A stretch of DNA of 64,000 nt from an uncultured Planctomycetaceae bacterium (GTDB lineage: Bacteria > Planctomycetota > Planctomycetia > Planctomycetales > Planctomycetaceae): assembly GCA_963976765.1 (NCBI GenBank), contig CAXBME010000034.1, positions 1-64,000 on the forward strand, in the 5' to 3' direction. The notes below the pieces were generated by a model. It made no database searches. It was not told the origin of the DNA and saw nothing but the letters and a program-made list of their open reading frames with translations. Positions 1-10,934 of this stretch are shown in pieces. The position numbers and the translations under genes were made by a program. Each line of letters opens with the position of its first letter. Positions within the stretch are counted from its first letter, which is position 1.

Positions 1-2
1 GG

Positions 3-242
3 CAAAGGAGCCGCCACCGGATTTTCAACTTTCAACACTCAGCGGGACATCATCTTCAACGACTGCCAAATGGCAACACGGTCGTGACGAGCTACCACGC
101 CAAAGGTGAAAACGTGAAACTCTTCGAGGTTACCCGCGACAAGAAAGTTGTCTGGCGGTATTCGGGGATGAACGCTGGCTTCCATCATTTCCAGATTCTG
201 ACAACGAACGGCAAGCCGCTTGCTGAAAACAGTTGGAAATAG
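3..242 (+). CDS. C-terminal part of a beta-propeller-type (PQQ-like) hypothetical protein, truncated by the window edge
   Basis: Frame 3 is open from the window start to TAA at 240-242: ...LQRLPNGNTVVTSYHAKGENVKLFEVTRDKKVVWRY..., a propeller-blade motif common in planctomycete proteins. Confidence 0.65.
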   Translation, partial: QRSRHRIFNFQHSAGHHLQRLPNGNTVVTSYHAKGENVKLFEVTRDKKVVWRYSGMNAGFHHFQILTTNGKPLAENSWK

Positions 243-387
243 ATTGCTCATACTGGTGTGTACCACCGGCTTTGCCGGTCGTGTATTGCGGCCAGCGTCG
301 ATTGTCGAAAGACCTGGATGAGCCAGTGGTACGCTTGGGTACCGGTTGTAGTGTACTCGCTTCCGTGCGTTGTTGAACGGTTGATTG

Positions 388-801
388 ATGGTGATCTACG
401 GAACTCTTTGTTGTCCGGATGTCTGATTATGGGCATCGTTGTGGGGCAGATTCTCGGTTATCTGGTCGGCGTTGGTAAGAACATCGGCGGCGTGGGCATC
501 GCAATGCTGCTGCTGATTCTTATCGTTGATTGGCTGCCACGTGCCGGACGAATGAAGCCACCAACGAGGCAGGGCAGTCTGTTCTGAAGATCGATGTACA
601 TCCTGATCGTCGTAGCAATGGCGGCGAGTCAGAACGCTCTAGCTGCGGTCAAGTGGGGGGGCGATTGCTCTGGTCGCTGGTGTGATTGTTGTGTTGATCA
701 GTCTTGCTCTGGTGCCGGTTATCAGTCGGATCGGTCAGTCGGAGGTCGAGTTGACGAAGCCAGAGAATCTTTCGGCGAAGTCGGCGAAGGACGAACCATG
801 A
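388..801 (+). pseudogene. madL: Malonate transporter subunit MadL, inactivated
   Basis: MVIYGTL / LLSGCLIMG...KNIGGVGIAMLLL...F*RSMYILIVVAMAASQNA / AIALVAG... matches the MadL pattern. Frameshifts near 407 and 654-661, in-frame TGA at 585-587; ends in an ATGA overlap with the next gene. Confidence 0.8.
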
Positions 802-1484
802 CAGAGCTGATCGGTGCCGTCCTGGGAGTTCTCGCGAAGAATTCTCTGATTACCGCGTTCGTGTTTGTCGGCGCGACGGTCTGGAGCCCGTACCTGACTT
901 CTGCTCGCCTGACTCGCGGTCAACTGCATTGATCTGCCATCGCGATTTTCCTGGGACTGGTGCTGGCCTATGTTGACGGCGAAGACGAACCGGGCGAAAT
1001 TCAGGTGCGTGGTCCCGGTGTGTTTCTTGAGTATTGGAAGCGTCCTGAGACTACCGAAGAGTCCTTCGATGAAGGATGGTTCCGCACTGGCGATGTCGCC
1101 GTTTGCGAGGCTGGTTGCTACCGCATAATGGGGCGGGAGTCTGCCGATATTATTAAGAGCGGGGGCTACAAGCTGTCGGCGCTGGAGATTGAAGCGGCGT
1201 GTCTGCATCATCCGGTAATTCGTGAGGCCGCCGTGGTTGGGATTCCGGATGACACCGGGGGCGAAGTGGTCGCGCTGGCAGCGGTGCTGGAGTCTGGCCA
1301 GGAACTGACGCTGGAAAGCCTGGGCAAGTGGTGTCAGGATCGGCTCTCGAAGTACAGAATTCCGAGTTGGCTGCTGGTGGTCGACGAACTGCCTCGCAAT
1401 GCGATGGGGAAAATGACGAAGCCCCGCTGTTTGCGATCTGTTTTGACATTCTGTCAGTCGTCGATAGAAATGTTTCCGAAGTAG
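798..1484 (+). pseudogene. In-frame fusion of the MadM N-terminus (with internal stop) to the C-terminal third of an acyl-CoA (probably malonyl-CoA) synthetase
   Basis: LTRGQLH*SAIAIFLGLVLAY resembles MadM 'RIHGSAIAI' with TGA at 930-932. It runs straight into GEIQVRGPGVFLEYW..GWFRTGD..GRESADIIKSGGYK..LPRNAMGK, the AMP-binding C-terminal motifs. The P-loop region is missing. Confidence 0.75.
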
Positions 1485-1649
1485 TTAATCCACAACGAAA
1501 TAATCAGTCTTGTAAAGGTGCAAAAACACAATGTTCTGAATCCTGAATTTTGTGGCGTCGCGTTTCTGTGTGAGGTCGGAAATTTTGTGAGACTGGCGAC
1601 CTGAGCGAACGACGTATGGTTCGGGAAAATTGAACACTCTCAGGGAAGT

Positions 1650-2507
1650 ATGGCTATGAATTATCGAATCAGTTGGTTGCTGCCGGGGTTATTAATCTCG
1701 TTGTTGGCTCAGTCGTCGTTCGCTCAATCGGTGAGTGGTGAGACGTCTGCCGACGGGAAATATCGAATCGTTTCCGACGTTCTCTATCGGACCGGCGAAG
1801 GTCTGACGGACTACATGAAGGAACGCTGCCGGCTTGATGTCTACTACCCGACCGATGTGAAAGAGTTTTCGACTATCGTCTGGTTTCACGGTGGTGGATT
1901 GAAGGCTGGCAACCGCTCGGTTCCGAAACAGCTCAAAGAGCAGGGGATTGCGATCGTTGCGGTCAACTATCGATTGCATCCAAAAGTCAAAGCGCCTGCG
2001 TACATCGAAGATGCTGCCGCGTCGGTGGCGTGGACGATCAAAAATATCGAGAAGTATGGCGGTTCGGCGAAACATGTTTTTGTCAGCGGGCATTCTGCCG
2101 GGGGCTACCTGACGAGCATGGTTGGCCTGGATAAACGCTGGCTGGCCGCGCACGAGATCGATGCTGATCAAATTGCGGGACTGATTCCCTTCAGCGGGCA
2201 CACGATAACTCATTTCACTGTCCGAGCTGAACGAGGCATCGACGGCAAACAACCTGTCATTGATGACCTGGCGCCGCTGTTTCATGTTCGCAACGACGCG
2301 CCGCCGCTGCTGCTGATTACGGGCGATCGCGAACAGGAAATGCTTGGTCGGTACGAAGAAAACGCGTATCTCTGGCGGATGATGCAGGTTGTCAGGCATC
2401 CTGACACCGAGTTGTATGAGCTGGATGGATTCAATCATGGGCAAATGGCTGAGCCCGCTCATCCGCTGCTGCTGCGATTCGTGAAAAGGATCAACGGCAG
2501 GCAATAA
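1650..2507 (+). CDS. Secreted alpha/beta hydrolase (esterase/lipase)
   Basis: Signal peptide, HGGG oxyanion motif, GHSAG nucleophile elbow. Confidence 0.9.
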   Translation: MAMNYRISWLLPGLLISLLAQSSFAQSVSGETSADGKYRIVSDVLYRTGEGLTDYMKERCRLDVYYPTDVKEFSTIVWFHGGGLKAGNRSVPKQLKEQGIAIVAVNYRLHPKVKAPAYIEDAAASVAWTIKNIEKYGGSAKHVFVSGHSAGGYLTSMVGLDKRWLAAHEIDADQIAGLIPFSGHTITHFTVRAERGIDGKQPVIDDLAPLFHVRNDAPPLLLITGDREQEMLGRYEENAYLWRMMQVVRHPDTELYELDGFNHGQMAEPAHPLLLRFVKRINGRQ

Positions 2508-2592
2508 CCCAGCTCCCGGACGCCAATGAGCAGAGTCAGTGCCACCGTTGAACTGGTGAGCCAATAAATAGTTTTAACAGACGGTCAAGTAC

Positions 2593-4014
2593 ATGAATCG
2601 TGTTGGCTGCTGCTTTGTTGTGGTGTTGACGCTTGTCGTTTCGAGTCGTGCTCAATCTGAAAAGCCGCCGAACGTCGTGCTGATTATTTCGGACGATCAG
2701 ACTTACACCGACTTCGGATTCATGGGCAGCGACGATGTTGTGACTCCGAATCTTGATCGTCTGGCCGGGCAGTCAGCTCGCTACGTGAATGGCTACGTTC
2801 CGAGCAGCGTTTGCCGACCATCGCTGGTCAGTATTCTGACCGGCCTTTATCCACATCAGCACGGAGTCTACTTCAATCATCCGCCACCCGGATTCGCCGC
2901 GCTGACAAAGTCGCCAGCGATTGGCAAGGCAGAGTTCGACGCACTTCGAGAGCGAGCCGCGTCGCTGATCCGCTCTCACCAGACCATTCCCCGGCGTCTG
3001 GCTGCCTCCGGTTATCGCTGCTTTCAGACGGGAAAATACTGGGAAGGTCACTGGCAAAACGCAGGCTTCACCCAAGGCATGACGACTGCCGAGCCGACGC
3101 CGGGTGGGAAGTACGGTAATAAGACGCTGACCAACGGGGACGTTGTTGCTCACGGAAACGGCGATTATGGTCTGAGTATTGGCCGGGAAACGATGCAACC
3201 GATTTACGACTTCATCGACGACTGCGGGGACACTCCGTTTTTCGTCTGGTACGCCCCATTCCTGCCTCACACGCCGCATGACTCACCCCAAAAATTCTTT
3301 GATCTCTACGAGACTCGTACCGACGTTCCGAAACATCGCGTGCCCTACTACGCGGCGATCTCCCAGTTCGACGATACTGTTGGCAAACTTGTGAGCTTTG
3401 TTGAGCAGCGGGGTCTCGATGCTCACACACTCTTCGTCTTCGTGGTCGACAATGGCTGGGAGCCTGACGTCGTGCGTTACCGATCGGCAAGCCGAGAGTG
3501 GGACCACACCAAACGCAGCAAGCGTGCGCCGTTCGATTCTGGATTGCGGACACCGATCCTGGTTCGGTGGGGCAGTCGCACGAAGTCTGCGACTCACCAG
3601 GCACCGGTCAGCAGCATCGATATTCTGCCGACGATTTTCGCTGCGACGGGACTAGTGAATCGATCCGATGAATTTCCGGGGAGAAATCTCTGGCCGAGCG
3701 CGATCGGTCAGAAAACGCTCGATTCAAAGCAGGCAGTCTTTGGAGAAATCTATCCCGGTGATGCTGCGTCGTTGAGGCATCCGGAAAGGGACGTCGCTCA
3801 TCGCTGGATCCGGAAAGGCAATCTGAAACTGATCACGACTCACAGGCATGGGCAATCTCAGGCCTGGGGAAATTACCTCGACGGCGACGCACTGTTCGAC
3901 GTTGTGGTGGATCCGGTTGAGTCAAAAAATCTGATTGGTGATCGGCAATTTGAGGCGGCAATCGGGTTTCTGCGGGAAGAACTCGATGCCTGGTGGGATC
4001 CGGACAGCGATTGA
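2593..4014 (+). CDS. Sulfatase
   Basis: PNVVLIISDD, VCRPSLVSILTG (Cys-type signature; Leu where canonical CxPxR has Arg), PHTPH, VDNG; signal peptide. Confidence 0.9.
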   Translation: MNRVGCCFVVVLTLVVSSRAQSEKPPNVVLIISDDQTYTDFGFMGSDDVVTPNLDRLAGQSARYVNGYVPSSVCRPSLVSILTGLYPHQHGVYFNHPPPGFAALTKSPAIGKAEFDALRERAASLIRSHQTIPRRLAASGYRCFQTGKYWEGHWQNAGFTQGMTTAEPTPGGKYGNKTLTNGDVVAHGNGDYGLSIGRETMQPIYDFIDDCGDTPFFVWYAPFLPHTPHDSPQKFFDLYETRTDVPKHRVPYYAAISQFDDTVGKLVSFVEQRGLDAHTLFVFVVDNGWEPDVVRYRSASREWDHTKRSKRAPFDSGLRTPILVRWGSRTKSATHQAPVSSIDILPTIFAATGLVNRSDEFPGRNLWPSAIGQKTLDSKQAVFGEIYPGDAASLRHPERDVAHRWIRKGNLKLITTHRHGQSQAWGNYLDGDALFDVVVDPVESKNLIGDRQFEAAIGFLREELDAWWDPDSD

Positions 4015-4050
4015 AACTTGTCGCCCGACAAAAGTGCAAATCGTTAAACG

Positions 4051-4089
4051 CAGCAACCTCGGCAGGCATCATGCCCACCGAGGCTGCTG
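4051..4089. terminator. Hairpin between convergent genes
   Basis: cagcaacctcgg...ccgaggctgctg inverted repeat; no clear U-tract. Confidence 0.45.
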
Positions 4090-4115
4090 ACCTTCGCGTC
4101 GCCGATGTAGTGGTT

Positions 4116-4520
4116 TCAGGACGCTTTCTTCTTGCTCTTGCTGCGTCGATCTTCGGCCGCCTTTTTTGCTGCGGCGAGCAGTTCATCCAGATTTTTCTTC
4201 TGCTCTGGCGTCAGCACGGCGACGATTTCTGTGTCTTCCTTTACTTTGAGGGCATCGATCTGTTTCTGCAACTCGTCAATCTGTTTTTTGTAATTTGCCT
4301 GGACGTCGTAGATCTGCTGCCGTTGCTTATTGCTGAGTCCGACCTGGCCGTAATATTGCGGGAGCCGCCCTCGTGGTTTGCTCGCCACTTTCGCTGGAGT
4401 TGCCTTTTCTGCGTCTTTCGTCGCCGCCTCCTGTCCGATTGTCGGTTCTACGGAAAACTGGCTGCCCAATGACAGCGCGATTCCCGCCACAGCGATCATG
4501 GTTGCGAATCTTCGATTCAT
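4116..4520 (-). CDS. Small secreted helical protein, Spy/CpxP-like LTxxQ type
   Basis: Signal peptide from MNRRF (ATG 4520), LSNKQRQQI and LTPEQKK motifs flanking a coiled coil. Confidence 0.6.
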   Translation of the reverse strand: MNRRFATMIAVAGIALSLGSQFSVEPTIGQEAATKDAEKATPAKVASKPRGRLPQYYGQVGLSNKQRQQIYDVQANYKKQIDELQKQIDALKVKEDTEIVAVLTPEQKKNLDELLAAAKKAAEDRRSKSKKKAS

Positions 4521-4678
4521 GCGAACTCTCCTGAACGAAACAATGTGAATTGAGGGCCCAAACTCAAGACAGCCCAGTTGGGACATTTTGTATCCAGGTG
4601 CTGCTCGTATGATCAAGTCTTCAACAAATGTTTTCAGGGGAATCTGCGTTTTAGTTCAGAGGTCGAACTGTTGGAAAA

Positions 4679-5908
4679 TCACTCTCCGCGAACTGGAACG
4701 TGATACCAGCCGTTGAACATGTAGCCCTTCAGGTTCCATTGGCCGTGTTCCGGTTGCCCGTCGCCTCGCGAGTCTGTCGCTCGAACAATCAATTCACTGG
4801 CTGATGATGGGAGTGTGACGTCTGCTTTCCAGAGAACCCAACAGTGCTCTCGGACTGGCGAGGTAATTTTCGCAGTGATCCACGAACGTCCTCCGTCAGC
4901 AGAGACTTCAATTTTCGAAATTGAAGTTCCGGGTGTGCCCGATGGAAGCGCATAACCGGCGACGGCAACTTTTCCTTTGGGAACTTTGGAGTTGGCAGCA
5001 GGTACGCAGATCACGGAATTCAAAGGGAACCGATAGAGCGGCCCCGACTCGTCCCACTCAACCGGCGTTCCTTCCTGGACGAGTTTGTACGCGGTCGCGA
5101 CGTAGTGATTGGGCGATGGACGATTGCTGACGACAATCTTTCCAAGCCACTTCACGCTGCGTGCTCCGATATAACCAGGGACGACGCCTCGCAGCGGTGC
5201 GCCGTGATCCGGTGTCAGCGGTTGATCATTCATCTTTGTTGTGAGCAGCGCGCCAGGCATGGAGTCGGCATCGGCCATTGCTTTGCTGACCGGGATCGAA
5301 GCTCCGAACGGGATGATGCCGCTACCGTGCGAGATTTCGTCGAGCCCTTCGAACCAGACGTGCTTTGCTTCTTCCTTGAGGCCGGCTTTTTTCAGCACGT
5401 CTGAGAGTCGTACTCCCGACCAGCGGGCATTGCCGATCGCTCCGGCCTGCCAGGGCACACCGCCAACAGGCTTGATAAGGCTGTGCTCGGAACGCCGATT
5501 GCCGGCGCAAGTCATTGTGGCAACGATCGACGTTTCCTCGAAGGAGCTGCTCAGTTCGGCCAGAGAAATTGAAAGCGGTTTGTCAATCAGCCCTTCGACG
5601 GTCAGGCGAAACGCGGCCGGGTCGATCTTTGGATTCGGAGCGTGGCTTCGGACATAAAACGACTCCACGGGAGTAATCCACGACTTCGCAAGTTCGCCGA
5701 GTTGCGGTTCGGAATTCAGCGGGCTGGTCGTGTGAACGATCATGTTGCTGGAAGTCTGCTCCGCAGCGTTGGCGCCGAAGCCTGCAACCCATGGTGCGAA
5801 AGCAAGACCTGCTCCGACGATGCCTGCGTCATGCAGAAATTCTCGCCGGTTCGAGCGGATGGCGTATTTGAGATCGGCTGTTGAAGGAATTTCCGTCGGC
5901 ATCACCAA
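4679..5908 (-). CDS. Tat-exported sulfite oxidase family molybdopterin oxidoreductase
   Basis: RREFL Tat motif; FYVRSH, CAGNRR (Mo-ligand Cys), HGAPLR..PGYIGARSVKWL, WNLKGY. Confidence 0.9.
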   Translation of the reverse strand: MVMPTEIPSTADLKYAIRSNRREFLHDAGIVGAGLAFAPWVAGFGANAAEQTSSNMIVHTTSPLNSEPQLGELAKSWITPVESFYVRSHAPNPKIDPAAFRLTVEGLIDKPLSISLAELSSSFEETSIVATMTCAGNRRSEHSLIKPVGGVPWQAGAIGNARWSGVRLSDVLKKAGLKEEAKHVWFEGLDEISHGSGIIPFGASIPVSKAMADADSMPGALLTTKMNDQPLTPDHGAPLRGVVPGYIGARSVKWLGKIVVSNRPSPNHYVATAYKLVQEGTPVEWDESGPLYRFPLNSVICVPAANSKVPKGKVAVAGYALPSGTPGTSISKIEVSADGGRSWITAKITSPVREHCWVLWKADVTLPSSASELIVRATDSRGDGQPEHGQWNLKGYMFNGWYHVPVRGE

Positions 5909-6342
5909 TGTCCTCGCTATGAGAGTCGATTTTCGTCTACAGATTTCTAAGGCATAGAATTCCGCCGCTTTGTAGTGGCGGTCAGAGCTCGATGGCTTTG
6001 CCAGTCGAACTGAAAAAGTTTACCCACGATTGCGGTTGTCGTCACAGCCACGAAAGGGGAATCGACCTTGCGTGAATTTACAGCTGAAGTGCAAAGCTGG
6101 CTTTCGTGCGGGTTTCGAGTGGGGTGAGATCGTTGATTCGCTTCAGAAGCTGATTGTTGAGTCGGGCTGTCGCGTGTGCAAGGACGAGAGACAACGTCTC
6201 CGGAAAGCCTGTTTAGCTTCCGTGAGAGCGACAAAATGCGCAGACTTACGGACCCTCCGTGCCTCGACAAGAATTTTTTCGTTGCGTTCAAAGTCGACGG
6301 ACTCCGAATCACTCCTCATTTACTCGCCATTTGGTCGTCATA

Positions 6343-9282
6343 ATGAAGCTTTTATTTTCTGGCTTGTCGCTCATGGTGCCATTCCTCAATGGGATGGTCG
6401 CCGCCGCTGACGAGCAACCGACTCCCGAGGCGATTGCATTCTTCGAAACGAAGATTCGTCCGGTGCTGGTCGAACATTGCTACAAGTGTCACTCGGCTGC
6501 TGCGCTCGAGGCGAACAATTTGCAGAGTGAACTGGTGCTGGATACTCGTGAGGGAATTCGAAAGGGGGGCGAAAGTGGCCCGGCCATCGTTCCAGGAGAC
6601 GTGAAAGCCAGTTCGTTGATCTCTGCGATTCGGCATGAGTCTTTCGCGATGCCGCCGAAGTCCAAACTTCCGAAGTCGGTGATCGATGACTTCGTCAAAT
6701 GGGTTGAATCCGGTGCGGCTGATCCGCGAGATGGAAAGAAAGTTGAAATCGCCCGAAAGGATGTCGACGTCGCTGCTGGAAAAAAGTTCTGGTCATTTCA
6801 GCCGTTGAGTGAAACGGGCTCTCCGGAAGTTAAGAGCGATGCCTGGGCGAAGAACGAAGTCGATCGCTTCATTCTCGCCCGTCAGGAAGCAGCTGGAGTC
6901 GCGGCAAACTCGATGGCCGACCGCCGTACGCTGATTCGCCGAGCGTACTTTGACCTTTGGGGACTCCCTCCCGATCCTGAAGATGTCCAGGCGTTTGTCA
7001 GCGATGAGTCGCCAGATGCCTATCCGCAGCTGATCGATCACCTGCTCGACGGGCAGCATTACGGCGAACGCTGGGCTCGGCACTGGCTGGATCTCGCGCG
7101 ATTTGCGGAAAGCAACGGGTACGCTTTTGATAAAGATCGACCGGCCGCCTACCACTACCGCGACTTTGTGATCAAGGCTCTGAATGCTGACATGCCTTAC
7201 GATCAGTTTGTGAAGCTGCAGATTGCCGGTGACCAGATCGATCCACTCGACTTCGACGCTCAGTCAGCCACCGGTTTTCTCGCTGCGGGGCCGTTCACGT
7301 CGCAGCAGACTCAGAAAGAACGGGAACGCAGCCGGTACGAACAGCTCGACGACATTGTTGCAACGCTCGGAACTTCGATGCTTGGGCTGACCATCGGCTG
7401 CGCCCGTTGCCACGATCACAAATTCGACCCGATCGGCGATCATGACTACTACCGCCTCACGGCATCGTTTGCCGAGACCGGCTTTCAGGATTACGACTGG
7501 GATCCCGATCCCGAGGGAACTCGCAAAGCGAAAGCCGCCTTTGACGCCGAGCACAAGCCGTATCTTGATGCTCGTGCAAAGCTGGAAAAAGAAGCTCTGC
7601 CGGGGCGTCTGGACGAATGGCTGAAAACGAAATCGGAATTGCCTCGTGCCGAGAAGCTGGGCGTCTGGCACACGATCGGCCCGTTCCCGGCTGCCAGTTA
7701 CGACGCTGCGTTCAAACAGAGTTTCGCTCAGCAGGCGAAAGTTGAGCTGGACAAGCCCATTGGCGAGTTGAAATGGACGGCCAAACCAGAGTGGAAGGAC
7801 GAAACCGTTCACAACACGCTGACCGGAGACAACTCGGCCAACTACCTGTACCGCACTATTGATGTAGCCAGCAACGTTGTGATCGACGTTTCGTTTGGCT
7901 GCGACGACGGTATCGTTGTTTTTCTGAACGGCAAACAAATCCTGTCGAAACCGACGATGGGGGGAGTCGCTCCGGATCAGCACCTCGTCAAGCTGAACCT
8001 GACGACGGGCACGAATCATCTGCTCGTCAAAATCGTGAATGGAAGTGGTCCCTCCGGCTTCTACTTCAGTGCTCAGGGAGTCGCGACTCCGAAGAACGTT
8101 CAGGACATTCTAGATCTCGACGTCGCCAAATGGACCGAGCCTCAGCGGCAGGTCGTGCTGAAATGGTTTGCGCCCAGAGACCCGGAATGGTTTCAGCTGG
8201 ACCGAGAAGAAAAGGAGCATCTGGCGAAAGCCCCGATGCCGGACATCACGAAAATCTTCGCCGCTCGCAGGAACGGAGCGACCTACAACTTTGGAGCCGA
8301 CACTCGAAAGGTTTACTTTCTGGCACGAGGCAACTCGAACGTCAAAACCGGGCTTGCCAGTCCCGGCTTCCTGCGAGTGCTGATGGACGGCGAGCATCAG
8401 GAAAAGAAATGGCTGCTTGACGAACCAGCCAGCGAGAAACCGGCAACGGTCCATCCTCGAATCGCTCTGGGAGAATGGCTGACCGACACAGATGCAGGAG
8501 CTGGCCAGCTGCTTGCTCGCGTCATCGTCAACCGACTCTGGCAGCATCACCTCGGCACAGGAATCGTGAATACGCCCAGCGATTTCGGAAGTCAGGGCAC
8601 GCCGCCAACGCATCCGCAACTGCTCGACTATCTGGCACGACAACTTGTCCAGCACGGTTGGAAACTGAAGCCGATTCACCGGTTGATCATGAACAGCGCC
8701 ACATATCAGCAGTCAGGGGCCGTCAATGAAAAAGCCGCGAAAATCGATCCAGACAATCAGCTCTGGTGGCGACGTCCACCGAGACGACTCGAAGCAGAGA
8801 TTATCCGCGACAACCTGTTCGCGGTCAGCGGTACGCTCGACAGGACAATGCACGGTCCGGGCTCACTGGACCAGGCGACTCCACGACGAAGTGTCTACCT
8901 GACCGTCAAACGTGGAAGTCTGATCCCCATCCTGCAACTCTTCGACGCGCCGGACGCCATTCAAAGCATCGGCAACCGGGACGTAACCACCGTCCCCCCG
9001 CAGGCTCTGGCGATGATAAATTCACCATTTGTCCGCAAGATTGCCGAACAGTTCGCAGCCCGTATCAATGTTGACAAAGATTTGACGACAGAAGGCGTTA
9101 TCGAGAAAGCTTACTGGCTCGCTCTGTCGCGACCTCCGGAAGCCGAAGAGGTCGAGCGGATGACTGCGTTCCTGAATTCACAAGCTCAGTCATACGGGAC
9201 TGACGAGAAGGCAAAGACCACGGCTTTGGCTGACTACTGCCAGATCATGCTTTGCCTGAACGAGTTTGTGGTAGTCGATTAA
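6343..9282 (+). CDS. Planctomycete cytochrome c / DUF1549 + DUF1553 (PSD1) protein
   Basis: FFETKIRPVLVEHCYKCH, YGERWARHWLDLARFAES, CARCHDHKFDPI, ARVIVNRLWQHH, RRLEAEIIRD; likely start at ATG 6343. Confidence 0.9.
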   Translation: MKLLFSGLSLMVPFLNGMVAAADEQPTPEAIAFFETKIRPVLVEHCYKCHSAAALEANNLQSELVLDTREGIRKGGESGPAIVPGDVKASSLISAIRHESFAMPPKSKLPKSVIDDFVKWVESGAADPRDGKKVEIARKDVDVAAGKKFWSFQPLSETGSPEVKSDAWAKNEVDRFILARQEAAGVAANSMADRRTLIRRAYFDLWGLPPDPEDVQAFVSDESPDAYPQLIDHLLDGQHYGERWARHWLDLARFAESNGYAFDKDRPAAYHYRDFVIKALNADMPYDQFVKLQIAGDQIDPLDFDAQSATGFLAAGPFTSQQTQKERERSRYEQLDDIVATLGTSMLGLTIGCARCHDHKFDPIGDHDYYRLTASFAETGFQDYDWDPDPEGTRKAKAAFDAEHKPYLDARAKLEKEALPGRLDEWLKTKSELPRAEKLGVWHTIGPFPAASYDAAFKQSFAQQAKVELDKPIGELKWTAKPEWKDETVHNTLTGDNSANYLYRTIDVASNVVIDVSFGCDDGIVVFLNGKQILSKPTMGGVAPDQHLVKLNLTTGTNHLLVKIVNGSGPSGFYFSAQGVATPKNVQDILDLDVAKWTEPQRQVVLKWFAPRDPEWFQLDREEKEHLAKAPMPDITKIFAARRNGATYNFGADTRKVYFLARGNSNVKTGLASPGFLRVLMDGEHQEKKWLLDEPASEKPATVHPRIALGEWLTDTDAGAGQLLARVIVNRLWQHHLGTGIVNTPSDFGSQGTPPTHPQLLDYLARQLVQHGWKLKPIHRLIMNSATYQQSGAVNEKAAKIDPDNQLWWRRPPRRLEAEIIRDNLFAVSGTLDRTMHGPGSLDQATPRRSVYLTVKRGSLIPILQLFDAPDAIQSIGNRDVTTVPPQALAMINSPFVRKIAEQFAARINVDKDLTTEGVIEKAYWLALSRPPEAEEVERMTAFLNSQAQSYGTDEKAKTTALADYCQIMLCLNEFVVVD

Positions 9283-9464
9283 GTGCAATCCTTGAGACGG
9301 TATTTCACTGGTATGAGATTCTGCGACGGAGGATTCAGCGTTGATGGTCACAAGGTTAATACTCAAAAACTAACCTTGAGTCCTTGGTCACCTGGAATCT
9401 TTGTTAATCCACGTTCTGAACCCACACGAAACAAATAGTTCGATTTCAAGAGAAAGCCATTGGA

Positions 9465-10934
9465 ATGCAAACTTCGCCAACGCTGCCTGCCGATTCGCCA
9501 TTCAACTTCCAGCAGCGGCGTCACTTCCTGAAGAATGCGGCGCTTGGCGGCGGCGCTCTTGCTCTCACAAGCCTGCTGAAAGATCAAGGGTTACTGGACG
9601 AAGCAGCGGCCGCACCGAAATCTCAGCTTCTGGAACCGCGCGAGTCGCATTTCTCGCCGAAAGCCAAACGGATTATCTGGCTCTTCATGCCGGGAAGTCC
9701 GTCGCAGGTCGACACGTTCGATTACAAGCCTGAACTTCAGTCGTGTGACGGTAAGAAGCTTGAAGGTGCTGACCCCAAGACCGGCTTCTTCACCACCAGC
9801 GGCAACGTGCTGGGTTCACCGTTCAAGTTTCAACAGCACGGCGAATCGGGCGCTCATACGTCGGAAATCTTTCCGCACATTTCGAAGCATGTCGACGACA
9901 TGGCGTTCATCTATTCGTGCTATTCTCAGTCAAATAATCACACGCCAGCCATGCTGGAAATGAACTCTGGCATGTTCCTGCAGGGACGCCCCTGTGTTGG
10001 ATCGTGGGTGACGTACGGTCTGGGGGCCGAGAATCAGAACCTGCCTGGCTTTGTCGTGCTGCACGGGGCGATGCCTCGCGGGGGCAAGCCGATCTGGTCG
10101 CCGGGGTTTCTGCCGAAGGTTTACCAGCCGACCTCGATCGATGGCCGATCCGCTACACCGATTTCAGATTTGTCTCGGCTGGGCACGATGGACGACAAAC
10201 AGCAGCGAGCGCAGCTCGACGTGCTGAAAGCGATGAACGCCAGGCATCAGCAGTTGCGGCCTCACGAAGCGGACCTGGCTGCTCGGTTGGAATCGTTCGA
10301 GCTGGCTTACCGAATGCAGACGGCAGCTCCGGAAGCGATGGACGTTTCTCAGGAATCAGAAGAAACACACAAGGCCTATGGCGTGGGCCAGAGCGAAACG
10401 GATCTTGTCGCCAAACAGTGCATCACTGCGAGAAGGCTTGTTGAACGTGGTGTGCGCTTCGTGCAGCTTTACGCCGGCACGAACGGTGGTGGTGGCGGAG
10501 TTGCTGACGTTCCGTGGGACGGACACAGCGATATCAAACTAAACCACTCGATCGCCGCGAAGAGCGTCGATCAGCCCATCGGCGCCTTGCTGGCCGACCT
10601 GAAGGCTCGCGGTATGCTCGACGAGACGCTGGTCATCTGGGGCGGCGAGTTTGGACGGACGTCTGACTCGCAAGGCAGCAAGGGGCGAGACCATAATCCC
10701 AACGCCTTCACGATGTGGATGGCCGGTGGCGGGATTAAGGGCGGTGTGCAGTACGGAGCGAGCGATGAGTTTGGCTACAAAGCGGTCGAAAACCGAGTCG
10801 GCGTCAACGATCTTCACGCCACCATTCTGCACCTGATGGGGATTAACCATGAGCGACTCACCTACCGTTTTAACGGTCGCGATTATCGCCTGACCGACGT
10901 CGCCGGGAACGTGATCCGCGATATTCTTGCCTGA
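9465..10934 (+). CDS. DUF1501 protein (Tat-exported), usual partner of DUF1553
   Basis: RRHFL, SQVDTFDYKP, ARRLVERGVRFVQ, WDGH, WGGEFGRT, GRDH. Confidence 0.9.
   Translation: MQTSPTLPADSPFNFQQRRHFLKNAALGGGALALTSLLKDQGLLDEAAAAPKSQLLEPRESHFSPKAKRIIWLFMPGSPSQVDTFDYKPELQSCDGKKLEGADPKTGFFTTSGNVLGSPFKFQQHGESGAHTSEIFPHISKHVDDMAFIYSCYSQSNNHTPAMLEMNSGMFLQGRPCVGSWVTYGLGAENQNLPGFVVLHGAMPRGGKPIWSPGFLPKVYQPTSIDGRSATPISDLSRLGTMDDKQQRAQLDVLKAMNARHQQLRPHEADLAARLESFELAYRMQTAAPEAMDVSQESEETHKAYGVGQSETDLVAKQCITARRLVERGVRFVQLYAGTNGGGGGVADVPWDGHSDIKLNHSIAAKSVDQPIGALLADLKARGMLDETLVIWGGEFGRTSDSQGSKGRDHNPNAFTMWMAGGGIKGGVQYGASDEFGYKAVENRVGVNDLHATILHLMGINHERLTYRFNGRDYRLTDVAGNVIRDILA

Noticed and set aside
585..932. 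In-frame TGAs as selenocysteine or Trp recoding
   Set aside because: They co-occur with frameshifts and a deletion, one replaces Gly, and TGA is a normal stop elsewhere in the window
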